Source: Octopus vulgaris (Eukaryota). Taken from it: a DNA stretch of 64,000 nucleotides. Numbering within the stretch: position 1 is the first letter of the stretch; every line of letters starts with the position of its first letter. Location: contig OX597817.1 in assembly GCA_951406725.2 (NCBI GenBank), positions 170,500,001 to 170,564,000 of the forward strand. The letters are read 5' to 3'. Positions 39,427 to 53,201 of this stretch are shown here, piece by piece. Under the pieces are notes generated by a model. The model did not search any database. It was not told where the DNA came from and saw only the letters and a list, made by a program, of their open reading frames with translations. A program made the translations under genes and the position numbers.

Positions 39427-42400
39427 TATGTTTTATTTATTTGAATATATATTTTTATATATATATATATCTTCGGAATTCCTGCGGAGTTGAGATTCTA
39501 AAATAAGTACCAGTAATACACTGAGTTCATTTAACACGCTCCCTTCTCAAGCTCTGCCATCATTACAGAAACTGGACATGTACCTTGTCAATTTCTGTTT
39601 GAAAACATAGGTGTTTATAGGCATTGTTGTTAACTTTTGCAAATGTGCAGTGCTCCAGTATCAACAGAAGTAATATTTTTATTCCTAGACCGGGCTGTGT
39701 GTTGCGTTCTTGGGCAAGACTCTTTATTTCACATTGCTCCAGTTCACTCAACTGTAGAAATGAGTTGCAATGTCACTGGTACCAAGCTGTACTGGCCTTT
39801 ACCTTTCCCTTGGATCACATCGGTGGCAAGGAGAGAATAGGCTGGTATGAATGGGCAACTACTGGTTTTCTATAAACAACCTTGTTCGGGCTTGTGCCTT
39901 GGAGGAGAACATTCTAGGTGCAATCCTATGGTCGTTCATGACTGAAGAGGGTTTTTTATTGTAGAAACCAGGTCATTATTGTGATAAAAGAAGTACCAGC
40001 TGTGACAATCCTGTCTTTTATTCAGACATAACATTTTTAGGAGGCTACAATCATCATCATTATCATCATCGTTTAACGTCCGTTCTCCATGCTAGCATGG
40101 GTTGGACGGTTCGACCGGGGATCTGGGAAGCTAGAAGGCTCCACCAGGCTCCAGTCTGATCTGGCAGTGTTTCTACAGCTGGATGCCCTTCCTTTTTACA
40201 TGCCACCAGCACGGAAGCCAGTCTAGGTGGAGCTGGCATCAGCCACATTCGGATGGTGCTTTTTACGTGCCACCGGCACGGAAGCCAGTCTAGGCGGCGC
40301 TGGCATCGGCCACGTTCTGATGGTAATCCTTACTCTTTTTGAAGGACATTTGGCTGCTACTTCCATTGAGAAGAATGGCCTCAAAAAGGTTCCTTTATGT
40401 TTCATTGGTAGAGAGTCCAACACTCCAGTAACAACTGAAGTGGTGTTTTGTCTGAACTGAGAAAAGTTAATCACTAGAATGTTAACAGAAGTGGTATATT
40501 GATAAATGGCAGAGTGTCTAACACTGCTATGTGATCAACAAAAGTGGTAACGCAGTGAGTACCACTACAGTGTCCAACAAAAGGGGAGTTTTATGCTTGG
40601 CTGGTACAGTGTCCAACACTGCTGTGGCAACTAAGGTGGTGCCTTACATTTAAATGGTGAACACTCCAACACTGCAGTATGCAACTGAAGTGGTTCGATA
40701 AATATTGATTTTCATCTTTGAAAAGAAAGGAATTAAATTTAAGAAATAATTGAATGAAACATGGGTAAAAATATTCCAGCCTAAAATTAATATTAATGTT
40801 GCCGTTAGCTCCTTTCACTTGGATGTAATTTTCCTGACACTCTATTTTACGATTTTTGCATTTTGTAGTTCCCTAAGTCTGTGTGTGCTTGTGTTTTTTC
40901 TTTGTATGTGTGTATGTGTGTTTCTTTCTATCTATGTTTAGCTCTCTCTCTGTTTCTCTCTTTCTTTGTTTCTGTTGTTTTCTCTCCTCTCCCCCCCCCC
41001 CCCGTTTCTCCCCTCCTCTCTCTCTTCCTTCCCCTCTCTTTTTCTCTCTCAAAACTAGTTATTTCTTAAATATCACTTATGCCTTCTATTGTTTTCCAAC
41101 TTTTATTTATTGTTATGAGGGTCAGAAGTATGTAGTCTATCATTAGAAATATCAGTTAAAAAGCCAGCAGGTTTTTTTTCTTAAGTAAAATATACACCTA
41201 TGTACATATATATATATATATTTGAAGAAGTTAACAACTAAAAATACTCAAGCCATTTATTTTTCTTTTTTATTATTATTTCAAGAAAACATATCAACCT
41301 AATATTGTCAATTCTACATTACTCTTTTACTTGTTTCAGTCATTTGACTGCAGCCATGCTGGAGCACCCCCTTTAGTTGAGCAAATCGACCTCAGGTCTT
41401 ATTCTTTGTAAGCCCAGTACTTATTCTGTCGGTCTGTTTTGCCGAACCGCTAAGTTACGGGGACGTAAACACACCAGCATCGGTCGTCAAGCGATGGTGG
41501 GGGTACAAACACAGACGCACAAACATAGACACACACACATACATATATATATACATATATACGACAGGCTTCCTTCAGTTTCTGTCTACCAGATCCGCTC
41601 ACAAGGCTTTGGTCGGCCCGAGGCTATAGTAGAAGACACTTGCCCAAGGTGCCATGCAGTGGGACTGAACCCAGAACCATGTGGTGGGCAAGCAAGCTAC
41701 CTACCACACAGCCACTCCTGCGCCATTATAAACAATTTTTATATCACTAAGATCTCTCTTTTTGTTATTTATTTCGTAATTAATTTTTTTGATTACTGAA
41801 ATGCTGGTTATTAATTTCTTCACTCATCAGTGTTGGGTTAAGTAGTTTGCTCATAGCCACAAGTTGTCAGACTTTTCTCTTACCAACCTTCACGAGACTC
41901 TCTCTATTCCTATGGCACAAAACCTGCTTTAAAGTATTCATATTTTAGATAAAATCACCTGTCAATTTAATCTAAGAATCTTTTGTTATGTTTTCCAAAC
42001 AACAGCTTAATAATGACAGCTATTTTTACAAAATCCCTCCAAATTCTCAATTATTTAAAAAATTAATTGAAGTACAAAAACAGTATATTTTTTTAGAAAT
42101 ATGGATAAGAAAGACTTAAAATTTTGTCACTGGTGTTGTTATTATTGATGATGTTCATTTGATATTAGTCAAACTTGTCACATCACTTCACCAATGATTT
42201 ATTGTTTTCTGCATAACTTCACAAGTTTATTCAATTCTTCCATTCATCAGAATTTTATATTTGCTGTCATTTAATGAAGATTTTTTTTGTTTTTCATTGA
42301 TCACAAAACTTGCATTTATAGGAAAAGCAAACTGGGATGTCGTTAGGAGCATTCTCCCCCACCTCTACCAAAATGTATTATTAGTAACTTGGGAAATTTA

Positions 42401-42774
42401 TGGGGAATGGAAAACATTCAACTGAATTCATGCTCAGTGTATTCAGCTTGATCACCTTGACCAGCCAGACTGCCGGTTGTCTCCTTGAATCTGCTGGCCA
42501 CAGCATTTCATCCGTTCTCTTCTTGATCTCACTCTCCTTCTCCTTTGTGCTCCTTACTCTTTACTCTTTTTACTCTCTTTTACTTGTTTCAGTCATTTGA
42601 CTGTGGCCATGCTGGAGCACCGCCTTTAGTCGAGCAAATTGACCCCAGGACTTATTCTTCGTAAGCCTAGTACTTATTCTATCGGTCTCTTTTGCCAAAC
42701 TGCTAAGTTACGGGGAAGTAAACACACCAGCATTGGTTGGGGGAATAAACACAGACACACAAACATATACATAC

Positions 42775-42847
<73 letters not shown>

Positions 42848-43044
42848 CATACATACATACATATATACGATGGGCTTCTTTCAGTTTCTGTCTACCAAAT
42901 CCACTCACAAGCCTTGGTCAGCCAGAGGCTATAGTAGAAGACACTTGCCCAAGGTGCCACGCAGTGGGAATGAACCCGGAACCATGTGGTTCATAAGCAA
43001 GCTACTTACCACACAGCCACTCCTGCGCCTATTATTGCTTTTAT

Positions 43045-43330
43045 ATCATCAATCCATCTGAGTGGATACATTCCAAGGGATCATTTCTGCTTTCATGGAT
43101 GCCCTTCAACAACTGCACAGGTTCACCGATTATTGGTGCACTGTGCAACGTGTCTAGTCCATCAGAGTTTGTTCAAACGGTATTCAGTGATAACATCTTT
43201 CATTCTAGTTCTCTCCCTAATCTGCTCATTTCAGATGTGATCTCTCAAGGAAGTTCCCTGCATCGATCTTTCCATGGTCCTTTGTGTTGTTTTGTGGGTA
43301 GAATCATGCTGTTGAAGAGGTTTGTGCAAG
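43045..43330 (-). mobile_element. Decayed RTE LINE ORF C-terminal fragment
   Basis: TQRTMERSMQGTSLRDHI*NEQIRERTRMKDVI...WTRHVAQCTNNR*...RWIDD resembles the RTE C-terminal consensus, with stops. Confidence 0.75.
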
Positions 43331-43728
43331 TGGCTCTGTCGAGGTTCACTTTTCGCATATCCTTTACTGAGCTGAACGCTCTCCAGACTGATACTTATTA
43401 ACTCAGTGCTGTTTGAACTCAAATTATGAATGGCTGAAACTGAATATCTGTTTCTTTATTGCCCACAAGGGGCTAAACATAGAGGGGACAAACACGGACA
43501 GACAAACGGATTAAGTCGATTACATCGACCCCAGTGCGTAACTGGTACTTAATTTATCGACCCCAAAAGGATGAAAGGCAAAGTCAACCTCGGCGGAATT
43601 TGAACTCAGAACGCAACGACAGACGCAATACCGCTAAGCATTTCGCCCGGTGTGCTAACGTTTCTGCCAGCTCGCCACCTTCTGAAACTGAATATCGCCA
43701 CAAAGTCCAGTCCTTATTGTGCTGTGGA

Positions 43729-43762
<34 letters not shown>

Positions 43763-44370
43763 CAGTAGAGCACAAGACCCTGGTAGGACCTCTAATGCTG
43801 GACAGAGGTCAAAGAATTGAATTGAACTCACAACATCACAATTTTGAGCCCAGTGCTCTAACTGAGCTATGCACCTTCATATATATATATATATATATAC
43901 ACATGCAATCTTCTTTCAGTTTATGTCTACTAAATCCACTTAGAAGACTTTATACTATATATCAGTTCCATTATTTTCCAGTCCCTTTAAATTTCCACTC
44001 TTAGAAGTTACTAATAAAATCTTTTTAGGTGTAACCACTAGCTTCATTTCATCACTAAACCACTATGTTCTCATACTTCTAGTCACATCAGTTATACCAC
44101 CACCATTTATATATCACGCTCACACCAGCACGGACCACTTCCCAGACCCACATTTCCACACCTACACATACACACACGCACATGTCAAGATCACCATCCC
44201 TCTTCCACATGCACATACAAATTCTCTTACACGCATGCACATGCACCTTCATTTTAGGATCACCACTACTTTATTATCTCCCCTTCTCCCTAGCTTTCCT
44301 GTGTGACCCTTCTGTCTGGTATTCACCATTATAGATCGCTAGCCACTACACATTATTTACTCTCCTTGTT

Positions 44371-44408
44371 TCTTTCTGTGGAAGAGCGTAGGCTCAAAAT
44401 GTTAAAGA
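44371..44408 (+). ncRNA. Degenerate hammerhead-like motif
   Basis: TCTTT-CTGTGGA-A-GAGC-gtag-GCTC-AAAA-TG-TT-AAAGA; stems I and II intact, GAAACG altered by two CpG-type changes, A6 replaced by U; insertion ends in (TA)n near 44503. Confidence 0.45.
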
Positions 44409-45020
44409 CTTTTTCACTTCCCGAGCGTTATACTAATACATCTGTTTGTTGTCTACACCACCTGTCTTCGTCTTTTGTTTTTTTTGTGAATTCTCACCCT
44501 GTATATATATATATGTGTCGGTGGCACATAAAAAACACCATCCGAGCATGACCGTCTGCCAGCCTCGTCTGGCACCTGTGTCCGTGGCACATAAAAAAAA
44601 AACACCATCCAAGCATGGCTGTTCGCCAGCCTCATCTGGCACCTGTGTCGGTGGCACATAAAATCACCCACTACACTCTCGGAGTGGTTGGCGTTAGGAA
44701 GGGCATCCAGCTGTAGAAACACTACCAGATCTGACTGGCCTCGTGCAGCCTTCGGGCTCCCCAGTCCCCAGTTGAACCGTCCAACCCATGCTAGCATGGA
44801 AAGCGGACGTTAAACGATGATGATGATGATGATGATGATATATATATATATATATACATATATAAGGTGTGGCTGTGTGGTAAGACTTGCTTCCCAACTA
44901 CATGGTCCTGGTTTCAATCCTACTGTGTGACATCTTGGGCAAGTGTCTTCTGCTATATCCCTGGGCTGACCAAAGCCTTGTGAGTGGATTTGAGAGACAG
45001 GAACAAAAAGAAGCCTGTCT

Positions 45021-45053
<33 letters not shown>

Positions 45054-45308
45054 TAAACATAAAGTCTGTAGCTTTCATAGATATGAAACTATCGGTCACT
45101 ATGACCAGACTGTAACTTTATGTTTGAATACTTACTGCACTTTCTTTAGAGTAAACTTCATCTTCTAATATATGTTATATTGACAATATAATATGTATGT
45201 GTGTATGTCTTTGTGTCCATGTTTGTCCTCCAACCATTGCTTGACAACTGATGCTGGTGTTTATGTTGCCGTAACTTAGTGGTTCAGCAAAAGAGACCGA
45301 TAGAATAA

Positions 45309-45744
45309 GTACTGGGCTGACAAAGAATAAGTCCTGGGGTCAGTTTCTTCGACTAAAACCGTTTAAGGCAGTGCTCCAGCATGGCTGCAGTCAGATGGCT
45401 GCAGTCAGATGACTGAAGCGTGTAAAAGAATAAAAGCGCATGCTCCCATCTGAACATTGCCACACTCTTAACATTAGTTATACCTTGTAATTTTTATCTC
45501 TTCTACCCATTCTTATCATTCTACTAACTGTATGTATATTAATTATATCTCTATATCATCTAGCCTTGGTTGGTTGATTCACTTGGCATCTCTCATGTGT
45601 GATAATTTTGTCGTAATCTGGTCCATGCACACACACACACACACACAAGAGAAATTATCGTACAAAGCCTTCATACGGTTAATGGAAATGTTTGGCATGT
45701 AATTAGATGAAGATGATATTAACACTTGAATGTGACACGGAATG
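45309..45744 (+). repeat. Local duplication, copy 1 (copy 2 at 50785-51609)
   Basis: SINE-A tail plus about 300 bp of unique flank is near-identical in both places. Confidence 0.92.
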
Positions 45745-46814
45745 CTTCTAATGATTTAGTCTTTTGTAATGCTGTGATAGTAGTAACACCTCAGAGTTGT
45801 ACATGTCTGGCAAACTACTACTACTATGACGTCTAGTACCACCACCAACACTGCTACAACCACCCCCACCCATACTACAAATATTACCACCTTTTATATG
45901 GTTTGTGTCAACCCTTTCTGTCGTCTTTGTTCTTTGGTCAGGGACTGATAGACTCTTGTCTTTGAAATCATTAAATTCTGATTTTGTTAGTATTGTGTCA
46001 TAAGTGCTCTCACTGAAATAAGAAAGGAGAAGAGGGGATGGAAAGAGAGAGAGAGAGAGTACCATAATTATAAATTCCAACCAGAAGTCAAAATAAGTTT
46101 CCTATGATAACCACCATGTGATGACAACCTGAATAACTGACCAGTATTCTTTTTACTCTCCTTTACTTGTTTCAGTCATTTGATTGTGGCCATGCTGGAG
46201 CACCGCCTTTAGTCGAGCACATCAACCCCCAGGTCTTATTCTTTGTAAGCCTAGTACTTATTCTATTGGTCTCTTTTGCTGAACTGCTAAGTTACGGGGA
46301 CGTAAACACACCAGCATTGGTTGTCAATCGATGTTGGAGGGACAAACACAGACGCACATACATATACATATATACGATGGGCTTCTTTCAGTTTCCGTCT
46401 ACCATATCCACTCACAAGGCTTTGGTTGGCCCGAGGCTATAGTAGAAGACACTTACCCAAGGTGCATGCAGTGGGACTTAACCTGGAACCATGTAGTTCA
46501 TTAGCAAGCTACTTACCACACAGCCACTCCTATGCCTAGAGGAGAGAGAAAAAAATTTAAAAAAACCTTTTATGAATATTTCATGTTAATTTATGTTGCA
46601 AACACCAGCTTAATCTGTAACACACTGTAGGTGCATCATGTCATCATATGAGTTATCTTCCCTGTAGGAACAGGGTAATGGCAAAGGAAACAATTTGAGA
46701 GAAAATGCTCTGTGTTAAAGGTTAATAATGACAATGTTTTACAAAATTCTTCATTATTTTCAAAATAAATTGAAAGATAAAGGCAGTGTATTTCAACAGA
46801 AATATGGTAACTAT

Positions 46815-47455
46815 TAAGGCAGCAAGCTGGCATAAATGGTAGCATGCTGGGCGAAATGCTCAGCGGTAATCCCTGTGCTGTACGTTCTGAGTTCAAATTC
46901 CGCCAAGGTCGACTTTGCCTTTCATCCTTTCGGGGGTCGATTAAATAAGTACCTATTTCTTTATTACCCACAAGGGGCTAAACACAGAGGGAACAGACAT
47001 AGGTATTAAGTCGATTACATCGACCCCAGTTCGTAACTGGTACTTAATTTATCGACCCCCAAAAGGATGAAAGGCAAAGTCGACCTCGGCGGAATTTGAA
47101 CTCACAACATAACGCAGACGAAATACTGCTAAGCATTTCGCCTGGCGTGCTAACGTTTCTGCCAGCTCGCCGCCTTAAATAAGTACCAGTTACGCACTGG
47201 GGTCGATATAATCGACTTCATCCATTTGTTTGTCCTTTCTGTGTTTAGCCCCTTGTGGGTAGTAAAGAAATAGATATTTCCTCTGCCATTACTTTCTGAG
47301 TTCAAATTCCGCCAAGGTCAACTTTGCCTTTCATCCTTTCAAGGTCAATAAATTAAGTACCAGTGACGCACTGGGGTTGATGTATTTGACTCAATTCCTT
47401 TGTCTGTCCTTGTTTGTCCCCTCTGTTTAGCCCCTTGTGGGCAATAAAGAAATAA
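46815..47455 (+). mobile_element. SINE-B dimer with an inverted SINE-B nested inside (46954-47176)
   Basis: Inner TSD AAATAAGTACC (46943-46953, 47177-47187); outer TSD GAAATATGGTAACTA (about 46799-46813, 47456-47470). Confidence 0.85.
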
Positions 47456-47694
47456 GAAATATGGTAACTAAAGAAGCTTGGGGCCTATATAAACTGGTTA
47501 ACAGCCTAATTTCAAACCAGTTACCGTGAAACTGTGTCAGTGCCTAGGTCACAGAAAGCGTGACGTAAGTGTTTGACACCAAGTAATTAAACGATTAAGT
47601 GAAGATAAGTTTCTCTGTATTTTTGAACGGCTAAAATGAGTCTTTCGTGCTGCAGTTGTGATGATGATGTTGATTTTTACCATAAATAAGCACA

Positions 47695-47962
47695 GGATGA
47701 AGGTGAAGGTAGTGCCATTTATTGATGGGTCCTTGGGGACAGTATCAGAAGACATCAAGAAGAATGTAACAGAAATCGGAACCGAGTACCCAGCAGAAGT
47801 GTTATGAAAGGTTTACCTCCTTGGCACAGCCAGAATAATCAGGAAAGTATTAGATAGTTGAAAAGAACAGATACCATAGCACCGTAGGCTGCAGGAAGCA
47901 AGTCTGCTACACATGCAAAACTCTAGGAGTTACTACAAAACTTGAGATAAAAAGAATAAATA

Positions 47963-48017
<55 letters not shown>
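47695..48017 (+). mobile_element. 3' end of an RLE-type non-LTR retrotransposon (R4/Dong-like) with (TAA)n
   Basis: KVKVVPFIDGSLGTVSEDIKKNVTEIG...VL*KVYLLGTARIIRKVLDS* resembles the C-terminus of restriction-like endonuclease domains; followed by a short 3' UTR and (TAA)n. Confidence 0.7.
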
Positions 48018-48500
48018 GTCCTTTCTACTAAAGACACAAGGCCTGAATTTTAGGGGGAGGGGACTAGTTGATCATGTTTACCCCAGTGTTCAACTGGTAC
48101 TTCATTTATTGAACCCCAAAAGGATGAAAGGCAAAGTCAACCTCAGTAGAATTTGAACTCGGAACATAAAGACAGACGAAATACTTGTGTCCACTGCTCT
48201 AATGATTCTGTCAATTTATTTCTGTATGAAGCAGCAAAGATTTAGGAAAGTGGGGGGGGGGAGATTTTAAAGAAACAAGTGGTGGACAGCATCAGTAAAA
48301 AGCATTTGTAAAATAAATATAAACTTGTGTCATGAGGAGAGGAAAGTCCTGGGGTTTTGGATGAGGTTCTTCTCCACGGGATAATATTTTGGCGAATTAC
48401 ATTGTATGATGCACAGATGTCTATGTAAGAAATGCAATTCTGAATTCTTTGTGTTTGTAACTCATTCATTTTATACCTTCTTTTTTTTGTTAACTTTCAG

Positions 48501-48619
48501 ATTTTATCAATATTTGCATTTGCCACAACCTGCAGTGTTGAGACAGAAACTAGTTTCAGCATCAAATGTGACGGAAGTTTCAGTAGGAACTATTCATTCA
48601 AACTAGATTATCCTTTTAT
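48501..48619 (+). CDS. SYP: Synaptophysin/synaptoporin-like, internal coding exon (TM1 and luminal loop 1)
   Basis: tttcag|ILSIFAFATTCSVETETSFSIKCDGSFSRNYSFKLDYPF+AT|gtaagt; IFAFAT and YPF are physin-family motifs; phase 2 joins C at 53202. Not represented in the ORF track. Confidence 0.93.
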
Positions 48620-49665
48620 GTAAGTATTCTAATTCCTTTTATTTTAAAGTTTTTGCTATTATGTGTCTAGTTTTCCATTACTTGCATGAATGGTGATAAG
48701 AATGATGGAAACTTTTCCTACAGTTAACCCTTTCGTTACTAACCCGGCTGAAACCAACTCTGGCTCTGTAGTACAAATGTCTTGTTTTCATAAGTTTTGA
48801 ATTAAAATCTTCCACCAAACCTTAGTCACAATTTATTTTCCTAACACTAGCTTGATGATAACTAAGTTACTTTACTAAATTCTTTGTTATATTTAAAGTA
48901 ATTGAAAGAAACACAGAGTATCTCAACAGAATATGGTAACAAAAGGGTTAAAATATATAATAGAGAAACAATTCTTAACCCTTTCGTTACCAACCCGGCC
49001 AAAACTGGCTCTGGCTCTGTAGTACAAATGTCTTGTTTTCATAAGTTTTGAATTAAAACCTTCCACTAAACCTTAGTCACAATTTATGTTCCTAACACTA
49101 GCTTGATGATAACTAAGTTACTTTACCAAATTCTTTGTTATATTTAAAATAATTGAAAGAAACACAGAGCATCTCAAAATAAATACAGTAATGAAAGGGT
49201 TAATCTCTTATTCACTCAAACATACTGAAACCTTAAAAAGTTATTTGCTTTGCTTATACCACTTGAGGTTAAGCCCACTTTTGCAAATATGTGGTTTAGC
49301 CTTTCATCCCTCTGTGCAGTACCTTAGTCAGGTGTTGTCTGTTGTAACCTCAGGCTGACTAATATTCTGAGAGTGAAGCTTGGTAAACAGAATCTGCATA
49401 AGCCTGTTGTATGTGTAAGGATATGAGACATTTTGGCCCTGCCTCTTTGGTGCTGCTGATTTGACGCCATACATTAAACATCAGGTACTTTGTGGCCAGA
49501 GCCTTTTGGCACCATGTTTTTATTCTAGTTGGCAACTAACTTATTGCCACAGCTACTAAACTACTAAACTTTGTTTAACTTTCTGCTTCATATTATGTAA
49601 ATGATGGCTAGTGAAATATTGATGATACATGGAAAAGAAAAATTTTCTGACTATGGACTTCTGTA

Positions 49666-49700
<35 letters not shown>

Positions 49701-50094
49701 AGTGATTGACATTAGGAAGAGCATCCAGCAGTAAAAACCATGCCAAAAGAGATAGTGAAGCCTGATGCAGTCTTCTGGCTTGCCAGCTCCAACCCATGCT
49801 GACATGGAAAGTGGACATTCAATAATGATGATCCAATCTCTCACACCTACCCTACAATGTCATACTAAAAATATACAAACATACCATAGGTGCAAGCCAT
49901 GGTAGGAAGCGTGGTAAGAAGCTTGCTTCCCAACCACATGATTTTGGGCTCAGTCCTACTGCGTGGCACCTTGGGCAAGTGTCTTCTTCTATAGCCTCAT
50001 GCCAACCAAAGCCTTGTGAGTGGATTTAGTAGACAGAAACTGAAAGAAGTCCATTGTATGTATGTATATATATATATATATATACATACATATA

Positions 50095-50784
50095 CAAGGT
50101 GCATAAGATATCTGAGGACTGATTTGTTTTTATAAAGAAACAGACATATAATAACAGATAATAACTTTATTTATCAAAAAATGGTATGAGGATAAAAATA
50201 AACCTTCTTTTCTATAATGTTATTCAATAAAGCCACCTTCAGCTTCAACAACTGCTTCTATATGAGATCTAAATCATCTACATGCTCAAATCAAGTGGTC
50301 CTGGTTCATTTTGGACATTACTCTGACTATGGCAGCTTTCAAAGAATCTTTGGTGTTATGGACATGTTCATTGACCTCTCTTTTAACAATGCTCCATATG
50401 TAATAGTCCAATGGATTGAGGTCTGGAGAATTAGGAGGCCAAATGTTAAGGGTTATGTGATCATGAAAATTTTCAGCCATCCATTCCTGTTTTACTAGAT
50501 CCATGTGTAATAGTGCAGAGTCTTACAGAAATACATATGCCCTTCCATTGAATACACTGTCTCCAGAGCTTAACAATTATTTCCAGGACCTCAATGTAGG
50601 TGGCAGAGTTAACTCTAAGGCCTTGTGGAAAGAAGTAAGGAAGCATCACTTGTCCTTCATTGCTGACAACCCCTAAAATCATGGGAGTTACAGGAAATGT
50701 TGTCTGCCTAACACTTGGGACTTCAGAAGGGTCTGCACACAACCATCTTTCATGTCTTCTGTTAACTTTTTGATCTTGGTCAAT
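50095..50784 (-). pseudogene. Tc1/mariner DD37D (maT) transposase remnant with one terminus
   Basis: YVFL*DSALLH...IWPPNSPDLNPLDYYIW with 37 residues between the second and third Asp; stops and frameshifts; TA|CAAGGTG terminus at 50095; N-terminal half missing. Confidence 0.85.
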
Positions 50785-51013
50785 GTACTGGGCTTACAAA
50801 GAATAAGTCCTGGGGTCAGTTTCTTCGACTAAAACCATTTAAGGCAGTGCTCCAGCATGGCTGCAGTCAGATGACTGAAGCATGTAAAAGAATAAAAGCA
50901 CATGCTCCCATCTGAACATTGCCACACTCTTAACATTAGTTATACCTTGTAATTTTTCTCTCTTCTACCCATTCTTATCGTTCTACTAACTGTATATATA
51001 TTAATTATATCTC

Positions 51014-51401
51014 AGCGTGGAGACGCAATGGCCCAGTGGTTAGGGCAGCGGATTCGCGGTCATAGGATCGCGGTTTCGATTCCCAGATCAGGCGTTGTGA
51101 GTGTTTATTGATCGAAAACACCTAAAAAAGCTCCACGAGGCTCCGGCAGGGGATGGTGGTGATCCCTGCTGTACTCTTTCACCACAACTTTCTCTTACTT
51201 CCTGTTTCTGTTGTACCTGTATTTCAAGGGGCCGGCCTTGTCACTCTCTGTGTCACGCTGAATATCCCCGAGAACTACGTTAAGGGTGCACGTGTCTGTG
51301 GAGTGCTCAACCACTTACATGTTAATTTCACGAGCAGGCTGTTCCGTTGATTCGGATCAACCGGAACCCTCGTCGTCGTAACCGACGGAGTGCTTCCATC
51401 C
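51014..51401 (+). mobile_element. tRNA-derived SINE, family E, full length with TSD
   Basis: A box TGGCCCAGTGG, B box GTTTCGATTCC; 11-bp TSD AATTATATCTC (51003-51013, 51402-51412); empty site at 45541-45551. Confidence 0.92.
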
Positions 51402-52581
51402 AATTATATCTCTATAACATCTAGCCTTGGTTGGTTGATTCACTTGGCATCTCTCATGTGTGATAATTTTGTCGTAATCTGGTCCATGCACACACACACA
51501 CACACACACACAAGAGAAATTATCGTACAAAGCCTATATACGGTTAATGGAAATGTTTGGCATGTAATTAGATGAAGATGATATTAACACTTGAATGTGA
51601 CATGAAATGGTAATTCTTGTTGTCCCTAAAAGTCAAACTTTCACATTCGAGGTTGTCCCAGGGAAAAAATTGTTAGCTAAGATCTTGACATTGTAATACA
51701 ATATATGAAATGTCTCTGAAACTTTTGTCTTGTGTCTTAAATGTAGAAAGGATTATTTTCATCATCATCATCATTATTAAGGCAGCAAGCTGGCAAAATT
51801 GTTAGCAAACTGAGCAAAGTGCTTAGCAATGTTTTGCCATCTTTACATTCTAAGTTCAAATTCTGCGAAGGTCGACTTTGCCTTTCATCCTTTCGGGGTT
51901 GATAAAATAAGTACCAGTTGAGCACTGGGGTTGATATAATCAACTTACCCCCTCACCAAAACTGCTGGCCTTGTGCCATAATTGGAAACCATTATTATTG
52001 TTATTTATTGTTTATGTATCTTTTATTTTCATTATATTTTCTGCCACTAATCATTTTGACAACAACCTACCTGACACCACCTCTGGTTCTATGGAACAAA
52101 CTTTCTGTTTTAAAGTATTCTCAGTTAAAATCTCTCATCATAATTTCATAGTAATTTATGCTTCAAATGCCACTATGATGATACTTTCAAAAAAAAAAGA
52201 AAAAATCCCAAAATGGTTAAATGAAACAGCAGTCACTAAAGAATGTTTACATAGGTATGTCTTTTCTCATGTCAGTTCCATAATCATCTGCCACCTCTGG
52301 TTCTATGGCACAAACTTCCTTTTTTAACCCTTTCGTTACTGTATTTATTTTGAGATGCTCTGTGTTTCTTTCAATTACTTTAAATATAACAGAGAATTTA
52401 GTAAAATAACTTAGGCGCAGGAGTGGCTGTGTGGTAAGTAGCTTGTCTACCAACCACATGGTTCCGGGTTCAGTCTCACTGTGTAGTACCTTGGGCAAGT
52501 GTCTTTTACTATAGCCTCGGGCCAACCAAAGCCTTGTGAGTGGATTTGGTAGACGGAAACTGAAAGAAGCCCGTTGTATAA

Positions 52582-52628
<47 letters not shown>

Positions 52629-53201
52629 TGTGTGTCTGTGTTTGTCCTCCTAGCATTGCTTGACAACCAATGCTAGTGTGTTTATGTCCCCGTTACTTAG
52701 CGGTCGGCAAAAGAGACCAATAGAATAAGTACTACTGGGCTTACAAAAGAATAAGCCCCGGGGTTAAGTTGCTCGATTAAAGGCGGTGCTCCAGCATGGC
52801 CGCAGTCAAATGACTGAAACAAGTAAAAGAGTAAAAAGAGAGTAAAGAGTATTATTCAGATAGTGTTAGGAACATAAATTGTGACTAAGGTTTGGTGGAA
52901 GATTTTAATTCAAAACTTATGAAAACAAGACATTTGTACTCAGAGCTAGGGCCGGTTTCAGTCGGGTTGGTAACGAAAGGGTTAAAGTGTTCTTAGTTAA
53001 AACCTCCCACCAGAATTTCATATCAATCTATGCTTCAAATGCCACCATAATAATATTTAAAAAAAAAAAAAAAGCCTAGAAAGGTTAAACGAGGCAGCAG
53101 TCACACAGGTATGTTTTTTCTCATGTTAATCTCGTAATTATTTACTTTCCCAGGTGTTAACAATGGTACATTACATTATGTTTCTTCTTTTGATGTTGCA
53201 G

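Noticed and set aside
1-48500. 5' coding exon(s) of the synaptophysin-like gene
   Set aside because: No KEP-GF-type exon found by eye; probably upstream of the window, though a short exon could have been missed.
51014-51095. Bona fide tRNA genes at SINE heads
   Set aside because: A and B boxes are present, but there is no proper acceptor stem or terminator and they continue into SINE bodies with TSDs.
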